Shown here piece after piece: positions 55,095 through 64,000 of a stretch of DNA of 64,000 bases (positions are counted from its first letter, which is position 1; each line of letters begins with the position of its first letter). Source of the DNA: an uncultured bacterium (lineage in GTDB: Bacteria; Krumholzibacteriota; Krumholzibacteriia; Krumholzibacteriales; Krumholzibacteriaceae); assembly GCA_963786935.1 (NCBI GenBank), contig CAWBAN010000004.1, positions 307,780 through 371,779 on the forward strand. Reading direction: 5' to 3'. Under the pieces are notes generated by a model. That model searched no databases, was not told where the DNA came from, and was given only the letters and a program-made list of their open reading frames with translations. The position numbers and the translations under genes are program-made.

Positions 55095-57155
55095 CTATCG
55101 CGTGTTCCGCAGCGGCGTGCGGATCAGCAGCACTCCGATGAGCGCGATGCAGATCAGGCTCAGCAGGTATGACGGCGACGCGAACGCGTGGAAGAGCTTG
55201 ATCTCGGCGAAGGCGAGCCCCGCGAACAACAATCCGAGGAGCGCCTCTCCCGCGATGAGCCCCGAGGCGAGCAGCACGCCGACGTTCCCCATCTTCTCCT
55301 TCGCGCCGGGCTCCGCCGCGCGCTTTTCGGCGAGCCGTTCGAGGAGCCCCTTCATCAAGCCGCCCACGAAGATCGCGAAGGACGTGTCGATCGGCAGGTA
55401 CATGCCGACGGCGATGAGCATCGGGCTCTTCACCTGCATCATGATGAACGCCGCGCCCATGAGCATTCCCGCGATGATGAGGATGAACTCGGTCTTGGCC
55501 TCGACGATCCCGCGGGCGACGACGGCCATGAGGCTCGCCTGCGGTGCGGGGAGCTTCTCGCCGCCGAAGCCGGCGCGCGTGCCGAGAATGTCGTTCTGCC
55601 GCTCGGGAGCCGCCGTCTTGATCTCGTCGAGCGTGTAGGTCGTTCCCGCGAGCGCGGGATCCTGCCCCCGGTATTCGACCGAGACGACGCCGCTCGTTTC
55701 GAGTCGCTCGATCTCGACGCCGACGACCTGCTTGACGTCGCCGAGGTGGAGGAGCGAGAGGATGAGGAACATGACCACGGCCGCCGCCGTCACGCCGAAG
55801 ATGTCTCCGATCTGCATCCGCCAGGGCGTGCAGCCGAGGATGTGCCCCGCCTTGAGGTCCTGCATCATCTCGCCGGCGACCGATACGCTCGTGCAGGTGA
55901 ACGCGGCGACGCCGAGCACCGCGGCGACCGCCGCAATCCCCTTCATCCCCATCGCCACCATGAGGAGCGCGGCGACGATCAGCACCGACACGGTGAGGCC
56001 GCTCGTCGGGTTGTTGCTCACCCCGATGATGCCGACGAGATATCCCGAAACGGCCGCGAACACGAATCCGAGGAACAGCATCACGACGGCCGCGACCGCC
56101 GCCGGCACGAGGCTCCCCGTGAAGTAGTTGAAGATGAACAGCATGACCACGGCGATGCATCCGATCGCCAGGAGCGACCAGCGGATGTTGATGTCTTTCT
56201 CGGTGCGCGAGATCGCGGCGTCCTCCGCGGCGGACTTCTTCATGTAGGAGAACGAGCGGGAGATGCCCGTGAAGAGGCTGTTCCGCATCTTGTACAGCGT
56301 GTAGAAGGCGCCGACGAGCATCCCGCCGATGGCGACGTACCGCACGTAGCTCTTCCAGATCATGGTGAGCTCGCCCGTCCAGTCCGTCACCGCTCCCGGA
56401 TCGCCGCGGTGCATGAAGTAGGCGATGATCGGCGTCATGAGCCCCCACGCAAGCACGCCGCCGCTGAAGTTGATCGCGCCGAGCTTCGGCCCGATGATGT
56501 AGCCGACGCCGAAGTAGGCCGGGTTCATCCCCGGCGCGCGCAGCATCATCACGCCCTTGGAGAGCGAGACGATCCGTTGCCATCCCGCCGCGATGAATTT
56601 GAACTCGACGAGCGCGCTGAAGAGGGCGCCGACGCCCATCCCCATGAACAGGAACCGCGAGTTCTGCACGCCGCTCTGCCCCGATTTGTGGATCTCGGCC
56701 GCCGCGATCGATTCGGGGAACGGGAGCTCCGCGTCCTCGACGAGCACGCGCCGCAGGATCGTCACGTACATAATGCCGAGAATGCCGGCGAAGATCAGCA
56801 TCGCAGTCGACAGGATGTAATGCTCGAGCGAGAAGAACGGATTCCAGATCGCGGCGATCGAGAAGGCGGGGAGCGTGAAGATCGCGCCGGTCGCGATGTT
56901 CCCGCCGATCGAGCCCACCGTTCGCGCGGCGTTCTCCTCGAGGAGCGTTCCCTTCATCGTCTTGAGGACCGCCATGCCGACGACGGCCGTCGTGTAGGTG
57001 GCGGCGATCGTCATGCCCGCCTTGAGGCCGAGGTAGGCGTTCGCGGCTCCCATCATCACCGCCATGAGGACGCCGATGAACACCGCCCGGAAGGTGAACT
57101 CCGCCATCGTCGTTTCGGCCGGAACGAACGGAACGAATTTCTTCTCCTGCGTCAT
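55095..57155 (-). CDS. OPT-family oligopeptide transporter
   Basis: EFTFRA, NAYLGLKAG, LPFPES, NNPTSG, MQDLKAG, LPAPQA and VGMYLP. Confidence 0.93.
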   Translation of the reverse strand: MTQEKKFVPFVPAETTMAEFTFRAVFIGVLMAVMMGAANAYLGLKAGMTIAATYTTAVVGMAVLKTMKGTLLEENAARTVGSIGGNIATGAIFTLPAFSIAAIWNPFFSLEHYILSTAMLIFAGILGIMYVTILRRVLVEDAELPFPESIAAAEIHKSGQSGVQNSRFLFMGMGVGALFSALVEFKFIAAGWQRIVSLSKGVMMLRAPGMNPAYFGVGYIIGPKLGAINFSGGVLAWGLMTPIIAYFMHRGDPGAVTDWTGELTMIWKSYVRYVAIGGMLVGAFYTLYKMRNSLFTGISRSFSYMKKSAAEDAAISRTEKDINIRWSLLAIGCIAVVMLFIFNYFTGSLVPAAVAAVVMLFLGFVFAAVSGYLVGIIGVSNNPTSGLTVSVLIVAALLMVAMGMKGIAAVAAVLGVAAFTCTSVSVAGEMMQDLKAGHILGCTPWRMQIGDIFGVTAAAVVMFLILSLLHLGDVKQVVGVEIERLETSGVVSVEYRGQDPALAGTTYTLDEIKTAAPERQNDILGTRAGFGGEKLPAPQASLMAVVARGIVEAKTEFILIIAGMLMGAAFIMMQVKSPMLIAVGMYLPIDTSFAIFVGGLMKGLLERLAEKRAAEPGAKEKMGNVGVLLASGLIAGEALLGLLFAGLAFAEIKLFHAFASPSYLLSLICIALIGVLLIRTPLRNTR

Positions 57156-57218
57156 GACGACCAACCTTCGTGTTCGAACGTGAATGGGATCCTCGCGACG
57201 AACGCCGACACGGGCCGA

Positions 57219-57304
57219 ATCGTATCGGAGCGCCGGGATCGTGTCAAGCGCGCCGGCGCGGGGGCACACGCCCCTTGACAATGCCCGTTCCGCAGTCTTA
57301 CTCT
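57219..57304. promoter_or_regulatory. Divergent sigma70 promoters
   Basis: Minus strand TTGACA-N17-TACGAT (57247-57219); plus strand TTGACA-N18-TACTCT (57275-57304). Confidence 0.55.
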
Positions 57305-57350
57305 TGTAATAGGTGCTGCCCCCGGGAATAACTGTACAGGAGGCGCTGCA

Positions 57351-58133
57351 ATGAATGAGACTCGGCATTCGACGATTCGTCTCGCGGCTCCATGGCTCGT
57401 CGTTTGTCTCTTGTTCCTCCTCGTCCTCGGCGCCGCGCCGTCCCGGGCGCGCGCGTCTTCCATGACGGCGATATCCGGGCAGAGCGACGTCCACCGGCGC
57501 GGATCCGCGTACCGGTACGATGCGCCGTACGGTCCGCGGTTCAAAATCATGCTCGCCGGCAACGTCGGCTACAGCTTCGCGGCGGGGGACTGGTTCGACG
57601 GCCTGACGTCGGGATTCACCGGCGGAGGCGCCGTCCGCCTCGCGGTCGACCGGCGGTTCTACCTCGGATTCAGCTATGACCGCCAGTGGCTCGGCGTCGA
57701 GGATTGGGCCGAGGTCATCTGCGACGATTTCGGGGCCGGCTATGAATGCATCCCGCTCGATTGGGACGTGCACCTCGACGAGTACTACTTCCTCATCGGC
57801 TTCATGTCGCCCGTGATGAATACCACCTCTCCCTTCGCCTACTTCGAGGTCGGATTCGGCGGCGTCTCGCACTCGTTCGACGTCTCGGCGGCGACGAGCG
57901 ACGCGACCGCCGATGTGGATTCGGGCGAAACGGAGTTCGGCATGCTCTTCGCGATCGGCGGGATCTGGCCGGTCACGAAGGAGATCGGATTCAGCGCCGA
58001 GGGGAACGTGCGGGTGACCGGCGGCGACAGCGGGTGCGGCTCATGCGATCCGTATTACGGCTACTACGGATACGGATCGAGCGGCTCGATTTGGGGCATG
58101 AAGGCCGGTATCGTCGTGATGTTCGGAGAGTAA
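57351..58133 (+). CDS. Outer-membrane beta-barrel protein (about 8 strands) with Cys pairs in loops
   Basis: Signal peptide; amphipathic strands; ends KAGIVVMFGE. Confidence 0.72.
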   Translation: MNETRHSTIRLAAPWLVVCLLFLLVLGAAPSRARASSMTAISGQSDVHRRGSAYRYDAPYGPRFKIMLAGNVGYSFAAGDWFDGLTSGFTGGGAVRLAVDRRFYLGFSYDRQWLGVEDWAEVICDDFGAGYECIPLDWDVHLDEYYFLIGFMSPVMNTTSPFAYFEVGFGGVSHSFDVSAATSDATADVDSGETEFGMLFAIGGIWPVTKEIGFSAEGNVRVTGGDSGCGSCDPYYGYYGYGSSGSIWGMKAGIVVMFGE

Positions 58134-58160
58134 GGGCGCCCGCGCGCCGCGCTGGCTCCG

Positions 58161-59576
58161 TCACCGCTCCGCGAACTCCCGCTTCCACACGCGATCCGCG
58201 AGCTCGCGATACTTCGCCGCGTACGCGGTCATTCGCTCCTGATAACCGGGATCGTCCAGCGCCCGCGCCGCCGCCTCGTTGATCGGCCGCGCCTTCGTTT
58301 CGATCGCGGCTTCGCGGAGGAAGGCGAAATCGTCCCTGATGGGGCAGGGGCAGAGCCAGTTGCGGACCTCCGCGGCGGGCCGCTCGAAACCGTACTCGTC
58401 CTGCCACGCGCGGATCCTGCGGAAGAAGGGGGCGTTCCGGAGCGCCTCGAGGCTCTCTCCGCGCTCGTACAGCGAATAGACGTTGTCGACGGCGTACGGC
58501 ACGAAGACGCACGGCGAGACGTCGCCGTTCCAGTCGATGTAGAACTGCCCGCCGGCCCGGCCCGCGCTGATGCATCCGTAGCTCACGATCCCGCTGTTCC
58601 AGAAATCGGCGAAGAGCACCTTCTTGTCGCGGACGATATGGTTCGTCCGCCGGAGCATCTCGATCCTCGCCTCCGGCGGGACCATGAGATCGAGATCGGG
58701 GCTGCTCCCGATCGGCATGTACTGGAAGCACCACGCGTACACGGCGCCCTGCCCCTCGAAGCAGTAATCGATGAACGCGTCGCTCGTGACCGTGTCCCAG
58801 TTCTTGCTCGTCGGCGTCACCGAGATGCCGAAGGGAACGCCGTGCCGCCGGAGGTTCGCGAAGGCTTCGAGGATCTTGGCGAACACTCCCGGTCCGCGCC
58901 GCGCGTCCGTCTCCCGCTCGAATCCTTCCATCGATATCGCGGGGGAGATGTTCCCGAGCTCGCCCATCCGCTTCGCGACGTCGTCCGTGATGAGGGTGCC
59001 GTTCGTGTAGATCATGAAGAACTCGGTCGGGTGCTTCTCGACGAGATCGAGGAGCCCGCGGCCGCCGTCCCGCCAGAGGAACGGCTCGCCCCCCGAGACG
59101 ATGGTGAGATACGAATCCCAGAGCTTCCGCTTGTCGGCGAGAATCCGGTCGAATATGTCGAAGGAGAGGCTCGCGCCCCCCGCCGCGTCGCTCGCCGCGT
59201 AGCATCCCTCGCATTTGATGTTGCACCGGCCGGTCGGGCTCACGACGAGGAGCAGCGGGTGCTCGCCCGGCTCGACGGGCGCCTTTTCGTTCACGATGAC
59301 GTTCTCGAGAACGGTATCGAGCAGTCGCGCCGTCACGCTTTTCGAAACGTATCCGCGCGTCATGGCGCGGTCGAATCCGTGGAAGAGCGCCATCATGTAG
59401 GCATGCTTGAGCTCCTGCACGCGCTGCGGGCGGCCCGCCGCGTTCTCCGCGAGGAGCTCGCGCCGCAGCCGCTTGCTGACGATGGCGAAGAGCGCCTTCC
59501 GGGAGAGGCGGTTCTCGATCATGAAGCGGTACAGCTCCTTGACCGTCGCGTTTTCGAGCACCTTCGCGGGAATCAA
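58161..59576 (-). CDS. Radical SAM/SPASM domain protein
   Basis: CNIKCEGC, SGGEPF, YTNGTL, GCISAG, SPCVF and PCPIRD; TTG 59576 after GAGGAGG. Confidence 0.9.
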   Translation of the reverse strand: MIPAKVLENATVKELYRFMIENRLSRKALFAIVSKRLRRELLAENAAGRPQRVQELKHAYMMALFHGFDRAMTRGYVSKSVTARLLDTVLENVIVNEKAPVEPGEHPLLLVVSPTGRCNIKCEGCYAASDAAGGASLSFDIFDRILADKRKLWDSYLTIVSGGEPFLWRDGGRGLLDLVEKHPTEFFMIYTNGTLITDDVAKRMGELGNISPAISMEGFERETDARRGPGVFAKILEAFANLRRHGVPFGISVTPTSKNWDTVTSDAFIDYCFEGQGAVYAWCFQYMPIGSSPDLDLMVPPEARIEMLRRTNHIVRDKKVLFADFWNSGIVSYGCISAGRAGGQFYIDWNGDVSPCVFVPYAVDNVYSLYERGESLEALRNAPFFRRIRAWQDEYGFERPAAEVRNWLCPCPIRDDFAFLREAAIETKARPINEAAARALDDPGYQERMTAYAAKYRELADRVWKREFAER

Positions 59577-59691
59577 TCGCACCTCCTCAGGTAGAGCCCC
59601 GATGATAGTACATTTCGCGCGATTTGGGAACCGCGAAACCGCTCCATCTTGGCGTTGACAACGCGCCGTCGCGCGCCTACCCTCGACGCGC

Positions 59692-60733
59692 ATGGAAATC
59701 ATCGCGAATCCCGATTTCGACGCGTATTACTGCTCGTACTACCTGCAGGGGATCTTCGAGACATTCGGCCCGCGCGCGATCCGATGGCGCCGCGGCGCCT
59801 TCCCGAAGATGCGGCAGGCGCATTCCCTTTCCCTTATTCTGCCGCCGAAGGGGCGCAAGATCTTCATCGACGCGCAGGACTCCTGCGTGCCGTTCGGAGA
59901 CGCCCTGGCCTGGTGCGACGTGTACGCCAAGATCAATGTCGATCCGGACGGGCGCGGGGTCGAGGCGATCGGCCGCGGCGTCGAGGGAGACGACGGCGGC
60001 GGAGCGCCGGGGAAGATCCTGCCGATCGGTCCGAGCTTCGGGATCCGCATCTGGGGGCCGGCGGCGTGGGCGACGCTCGCGGCCGCAAACTACTTCAGGC
60101 TTTTGCCGGAATTCAGGGGATTCGGGGGCTCGCGCGAGCATTTCGCCAACTACTGGCGGCAGTATCACTACCGGCTGCCGATCGAGGCGTACAGCCCGAG
60201 CCGTCCCGCGGCGATTACATCTTCTTTCTCTCGCCCGTGTGGAAGCAGGAGCCGCGATGCAACGAGTACCGCGTCATCGTTCATCAAGGCGTGCCGGTCC
60301 CTGCGCGGCATCGCCTTCGAAGGAGGATTCGCACCCCGCAGGAAGGGATGACGTGCGGGGCTTCGAGGACTTCGCCGTCGAGCGGCGCTACCCGCTCCCC
60401 GATTACATCGCGAAGCTGAAGCGCTCGCTCGTCGCCTTCAACACGCCCGCCGTGTACGGCTGCCTCGGCTGGAAGCTCGCCGAGTACCTCGCGCTCGGCA
60501 AGGCCATCATCTCGACCCCCCTCGGGAGGGCGCTGCCGGCCCCGCTCGAGCACGGCAGGCACGTCCATTTCGTCGACGGATCGCCCGATGAGATCGTGCG
60601 GGCGGTCGAGCTGATCTCCTCCGACGCCGCCTACCGGCGCGAGCTCGAGAGCAACGCGCGGGAGTATTTCCTCCGGCACCTCGCCCCCGCGCAATGCATC
60701 GAGCGGATCGTCACACGCGCGGCGGGTGGCTAG
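59692..60733 (+). pseudogene. Glycosyltransferase-like (GT-B) protein broken by three frameshifts (about 60196, 60273 and 60346)
   Basis: Plausible protein hops frames: YAKIN...RLP / DYIFFLS...CNEYR / FIKAC...FEGGF / NTPAV..WKLAEYLALGKAIIS. Confidence 0.65.
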
Positions 60734-60839
60734 GCCGCGCCCCGCGCGCCCGGCGGGCCGGGCCGTGCCTTGTTGAATTCCGCCCGCCCATGAGGTATAC
60801 TGCCGGTCGTCCGTTCGTCCACACTCGACGGGGTATGCG

Positions 60840-61721
60840 ATGAAGCCTGCCGTTACCTATGTGCGCGAATTCGCCGGCCTCTTCAACGAGGCGGGGAAGA
60901 GCTTCGCGCGCGACAACATGCCGTCCATGTCGGCGGCGCTCGCGTATCATACGCTCCTCTCGCTCGCGCCGCTTCTCTTCGTGCTCGTCGGCGTCTTCCG
61001 GCTCCTCGCCAACGTGGACGCCGTCGAGCAGGAGATCATCTCTCAGGTCGGCAACTCTCTCGGGCCCAAAGCGGTGCAGGCCGTGAGCCTCCTGCTCGAC
61101 AACATGGCCATGAGCCGTTTCGACGCCCTCGCACTCGGGGGAGGCACGATCGCGCTCCTCGTCGTGTTCTCGACGGGAGCGTTTCAGCATCTCATCCACG
61201 CGCTCAACGTCGTCTGGAAGGTGACCGAGGAGGGACGGCGGGGATTTCTCGGCGGGATCCTGCGTCTCGTGCGAACGCACTTCCTCGCCTTCGTGATGCT
61301 CGTGTGCGTCGGATTCTACCTGTACGCCTTGGTGCTCCTGAACGCCTTGAAGGTCGTCAGGGGTCCGGAGCTCATGCGGACGGTTCCCGGTCTCGAGAAT
61401 CTGCTTCCGCAGCTTCCCAAGATCATCAGTCCGTTTGTCCTCTTTATCCTCTTTATGCTCGTTTTCAGGATCCTCCCCGCCCGGCGGATCGAGTGGAAGG
61501 ACGTATGGTTCGGGTCGCTCGTCACGACGGCGCTCTTCGTCGCGATGAACCGAGTGATCCTCTACTACCTGCAGCAGACCGCCGTCTCGTCGTTCTATGG
61601 GGCGGCCGGCTCGTTCGTCGTCGTGCTCCTCTGGGTCTACTGGTCTGCGATGATCCTCCTCTACGGCGCCGAGCTCGCCAAGGCCTGGGCCGACCGCTAC
61701 GGCGCCCTCGGGCGCCGTTGA
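60840..61721 (+). CDS. YihY/virulence factor BrkB family membrane protein
   Basis: AALAYHTLLSLAP, ALNVVW and YGAAGSFVVVLLWVYWSAMILLYGAE. Confidence 0.92.
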   Translation: MKPAVTYVREFAGLFNEAGKSFARDNMPSMSAALAYHTLLSLAPLLFVLVGVFRLLANVDAVEQEIISQVGNSLGPKAVQAVSLLLDNMAMSRFDALALGGGTIALLVVFSTGAFQHLIHALNVVWKVTEEGRRGFLGGILRLVRTHFLAFVMLVCVGFYLYALVLLNALKVVRGPELMRTVPGLENLLPQLPKIISPFVLFILFMLVFRILPARRIEWKDVWFGSLVTTALFVAMNRVILYYLQQTAVSSFYGAAGSFVVVLLWVYWSAMILLYGAELAKAWADRYGALGRR

Positions 61722-61734
61722 GCGTGCGGTTCGT

Positions 61735-64000
61735 TCACTTCCCGGAGCCGCTCATTGAATAGGGGAGCGGGCCGTTCGACGCGCCCGCGCCGGAGGCGGG
61801 GGCCGGTCCCATCTCGAAGATGAGCGTCCCGCTCCGCGCGATCTCGTCATGCGTGATGAAGCCCGCCTCGTGGGGTCGCCCGTTCAGCGTGATCGATTGA
61901 ATGTAGACGTTAGTCGCGCTCAGGTTTCTCGCCTCGATCGAGAACGTCTTTCCGCTTTCGAGGCGGATCTCGGCCCGATCGACGCACGGGCTTCCGATGA
62001 CGTACTCGCCGCTCCCGGGGCAGACGGGGTAGAATCCGAGGCACGCGAACACGTACCACGCCGACATCTGGCCGCAGTCGTCGTTGCCGCCGAGGCCGTC
62101 CGGGGCGTTCCGGTACATCGCGTTCACGATCTCGTGCACGCGCTCCTGCGTCTTCCACGGCCGGCCCGCGTAGCAGTAGAGGTACGGCACGTGATGGCTC
62201 GGCTCGTTGCCGTGCACGTAGCCGCCGATGATGCCGGCGCGCGTGATGTCCTCGGTGTGGGCGAAGCTCTCGTCCGGCGGGCGCATCTCGAAGAGCGTGT
62301 CGAGCCAGGCGACGAGCGAGTCGGCGCCGCCGCGCAGCTCCATGAATCCCTTCACGTCGTGGGGCACGTAGAGCGAGTAGTTCCACGCATTCCCTTCGAT
62401 GTAGCCCTGCCCCGACGTGGCGAGGGGGTCGAAGGGGGTCTTCCACGAGCCGTCGGCGTTGCGCGCCCTGATGAATCCCGTGGCGGGATCGAAGAGATGG
62501 CGCCAGCTCGCCGCGCGGGCGCGAAACTCGGCGGCCGTCCGCGCGTCTCCCCGCGCGCTCGCGAAGCGATAGATCGTCCAATCGTCGTAGGCGTATTCGA
62601 GCGTCTTCGAAGCCGAGTTGCCGCTCGCGTCCTCCGGCACGAATCCGAGCCGCCGGTACGCGCCGATGCCGTCGTACGAGTCGTGGTTCGCGCTCGCGAC
62701 GACGGCCTCGTACGCCCTGTCGGCGTCATAGCCGCGGATGCCCTTGAGGTACGCGTCGGCGATCACGGAGACGGCATGGTAGCCGATCATGCACCAGTTC
62801 TCGTTGGCCCAGTGCGACCAGACCGGGAGCATCCGGTGAACGCTCTGCCCGTAGTGCGCGAGCATCGAGGCGACGATGTCGCCGGTGCGCTCCCGCTGCA
62901 CGATCGTGAACAGGGGGTGGAGCGCCCGGTAGGTGTCCCAGAGGGAAAAGACCGTGTAGTTCGTGAATCCTTCGGCCCGGTGAACGTTCCCGTCGAGGCC
63001 GCGGTATTCTCCGTTCACGTCCGAAAAGACCGTCGGGCTCAGGAAACAGTGATAGAGGGACGTGTAGAAATTGACGAGGCGGTCGCCGTCCGCCGAGACG
63101 GCGATCCGCGAGAGCTCGGCGTTCCACTTCGCGCGGACCGCCTCGCGCGCCGCGTCGAAATTCCAATCCGGAATCTCGGCGCGCATGTTCTCGACGGCGT
63201 TTTGCGCGCTCACGCCCGAGAGCGCGACCTTGACGAGGATCGTCTCGCCCGGACGGGTGCGGAAATCGAAATGCGCCTTCACCGCGCGGCCGGCCCGCTC
63301 GGGGAAGTTCTCGTTTTCGTTCCACCGCCGCCAGAAGCCGCGGTAGATGAGCTTCTCGTCGTTGACGAGGCCGTATGAGGCGATCGGCTTCGAGAACGCG
63401 ATCGCGAAGAAGACGCGCCGGTCCCGCGCCCACCCGCTCGTCTGCCTGAATCCCGTGACGAGCGTGTCGCTCTCGACCCTCAGTGAGGACCACACGACCT
63501 TGCCGGGGTAGTTGTAGATGCCGGCGGTGAGATCGAGAATGACGCGCGCGTCGTCGGCGCCCGGAAAGGTGTAGCGGTGGAATCCGACGCGCTCGGAGGC
63601 CGTGAGCTCCGCCCGGATACGATAGTCGTCCAGCGTCACGGCGTAGTACCCCGGACGGGCCTCCTCGCGCTCGTGGGAGAACCGCGAGCGGTAGCCGCTC
63701 CCGGGGGCGTTCGCCGTGCCGGGATTGAGCCGGAGGGGGCCGGTCGTCGGCATGATGAGCACGTCGCCGAGGTCCGAATGCCCCGTCCCGCTGAAATGCG
63801 TGTGGCTGAAACCGACGATGGTGCTGTCTTTGTACTGGTACCCCGCGCAGTAGCGATACACCGCCGGATGGTACGTGCCGTCGTAGCTGTACTGAATCGT
63901 GTCCGTCTCGGGACTCAGCTGCACGAGGCCGAAGGGGGCCGCGGCGCCGGGGAAGGTGTGCCCCATGTCGTCCGTGCCGATGAACGGATTCACGTAATCG
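61735..64000 (-). CDS. Alpha-1,2-mannosidase, GH92 (5' end beyond window)
   Basis: VNPFIGT, FSHTHFSGTG, SLWDTYR, HGNEPSHH and GNDDCGQMSAW. Confidence 0.93.
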   Translation of the reverse strand, partial: DYVNPFIGTDDMGHTFPGAAAPFGLVQLSPETDTIQYSYDGTYHPAVYRYCAGYQYKDSTIVGFSHTHFSGTGHSDLGDVLIMPTTGPLRLNPGTANAPGSGYRSRFSHEREEARPGYYAVTLDDYRIRAELTASERVGFHRYTFPGADDARVILDLTAGIYNYPGKVVWSSLRVESDTLVTGFRQTSGWARDRRVFFAIAFSKPIASYGLVNDEKLIYRGFWRRWNENENFPERAGRAVKAHFDFRTRPGETILVKVALSGVSAQNAVENMRAEIPDWNFDAAREAVRAKWNAELSRIAVSADGDRLVNFYTSLYHCFLSPTVFSDVNGEYRGLDGNVHRAEGFTNYTVFSLWDTYRALHPLFTIVQRERTGDIVASMLAHYGQSVHRMLPVWSHWANENWCMIGYHAVSVIADAYLKGIRGYDADRAYEAVVASANHDSYDGIGAYRRLGFVPEDASGNSASKTLEYAYDDWTIYRFASARGDARTAAEFRARAASWRHLFDPATGFIRARNADGSWKTPFDPLATSGQGYIEGNAWNYSLYVPHDVKGFMELRGGADSLVAWLDTLFEMRPPDESFAHTEDITRAGIIGGYVHGNEPSHHVPYLYCYAGRPWKTQERVHEIVNAMYRNAPDGLGGNDDCGQMSAWYVFACLGFYPVCPGSGEYVIGSPCVDRAEIRLESGKTFSIEARNLSATNVYIQSITLNGRPHEAGFITHDEIARSGTLIFEMGPAPASGAGASNGPLPYSMSGSGK

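Noticed and set aside
60345..60351. Selenocysteine or readthrough at TGA 60349-60351
   Set aside because: The plausible protein continues in a different frame; removing one G from GGG explains it

Overview
GC-rich bacterial chromosomal window. FlgD-Ig/T9SS-like tails, a C-terminal SWGxIK motif and many secreted hydrolases suggest an FCB-group candidate lineage such as Krumholzibacteriota, Latescibacterota or Eisenbacteria (inference). About 48 CDS are supported, mostly envelope or secreted functions: S8, C1, Nal1-like, S9 and PepT peptidases, outer-membrane barrels, a GH2/GH92/SSS mannoside-utilisation locus, glycosyltransferases and radical SAM enzymes. There is one tmRNA (tag ADNQLALAA). 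No rRNA, tRNA, CRISPR, integrase or transposase was seen. The best candidate for an undescribed system is at 6.5-10.8 kb: an ECF sigma factor, an anti-sigma factor ending in a CBM48/AMPK-type glycogen-binding domain, an OM beta-barrel ending in the same domain, and two secreted proteins. The same GTGTAAC-N16-CGTCTCA motif precedes both the sigma gene and the downstream secreted-protein gene. Other highlights are a three-gene double-PilZ BcsA-like operon without bcsB/C, a Nal1-like protease beside a stand-alone copy of its own prodomain, a 75-bp in-frame insertion in a FISUMP gene, three microproteins after an SSS transporter, and frameshifts clustered at 52-60 kb (probably sequencing indels).
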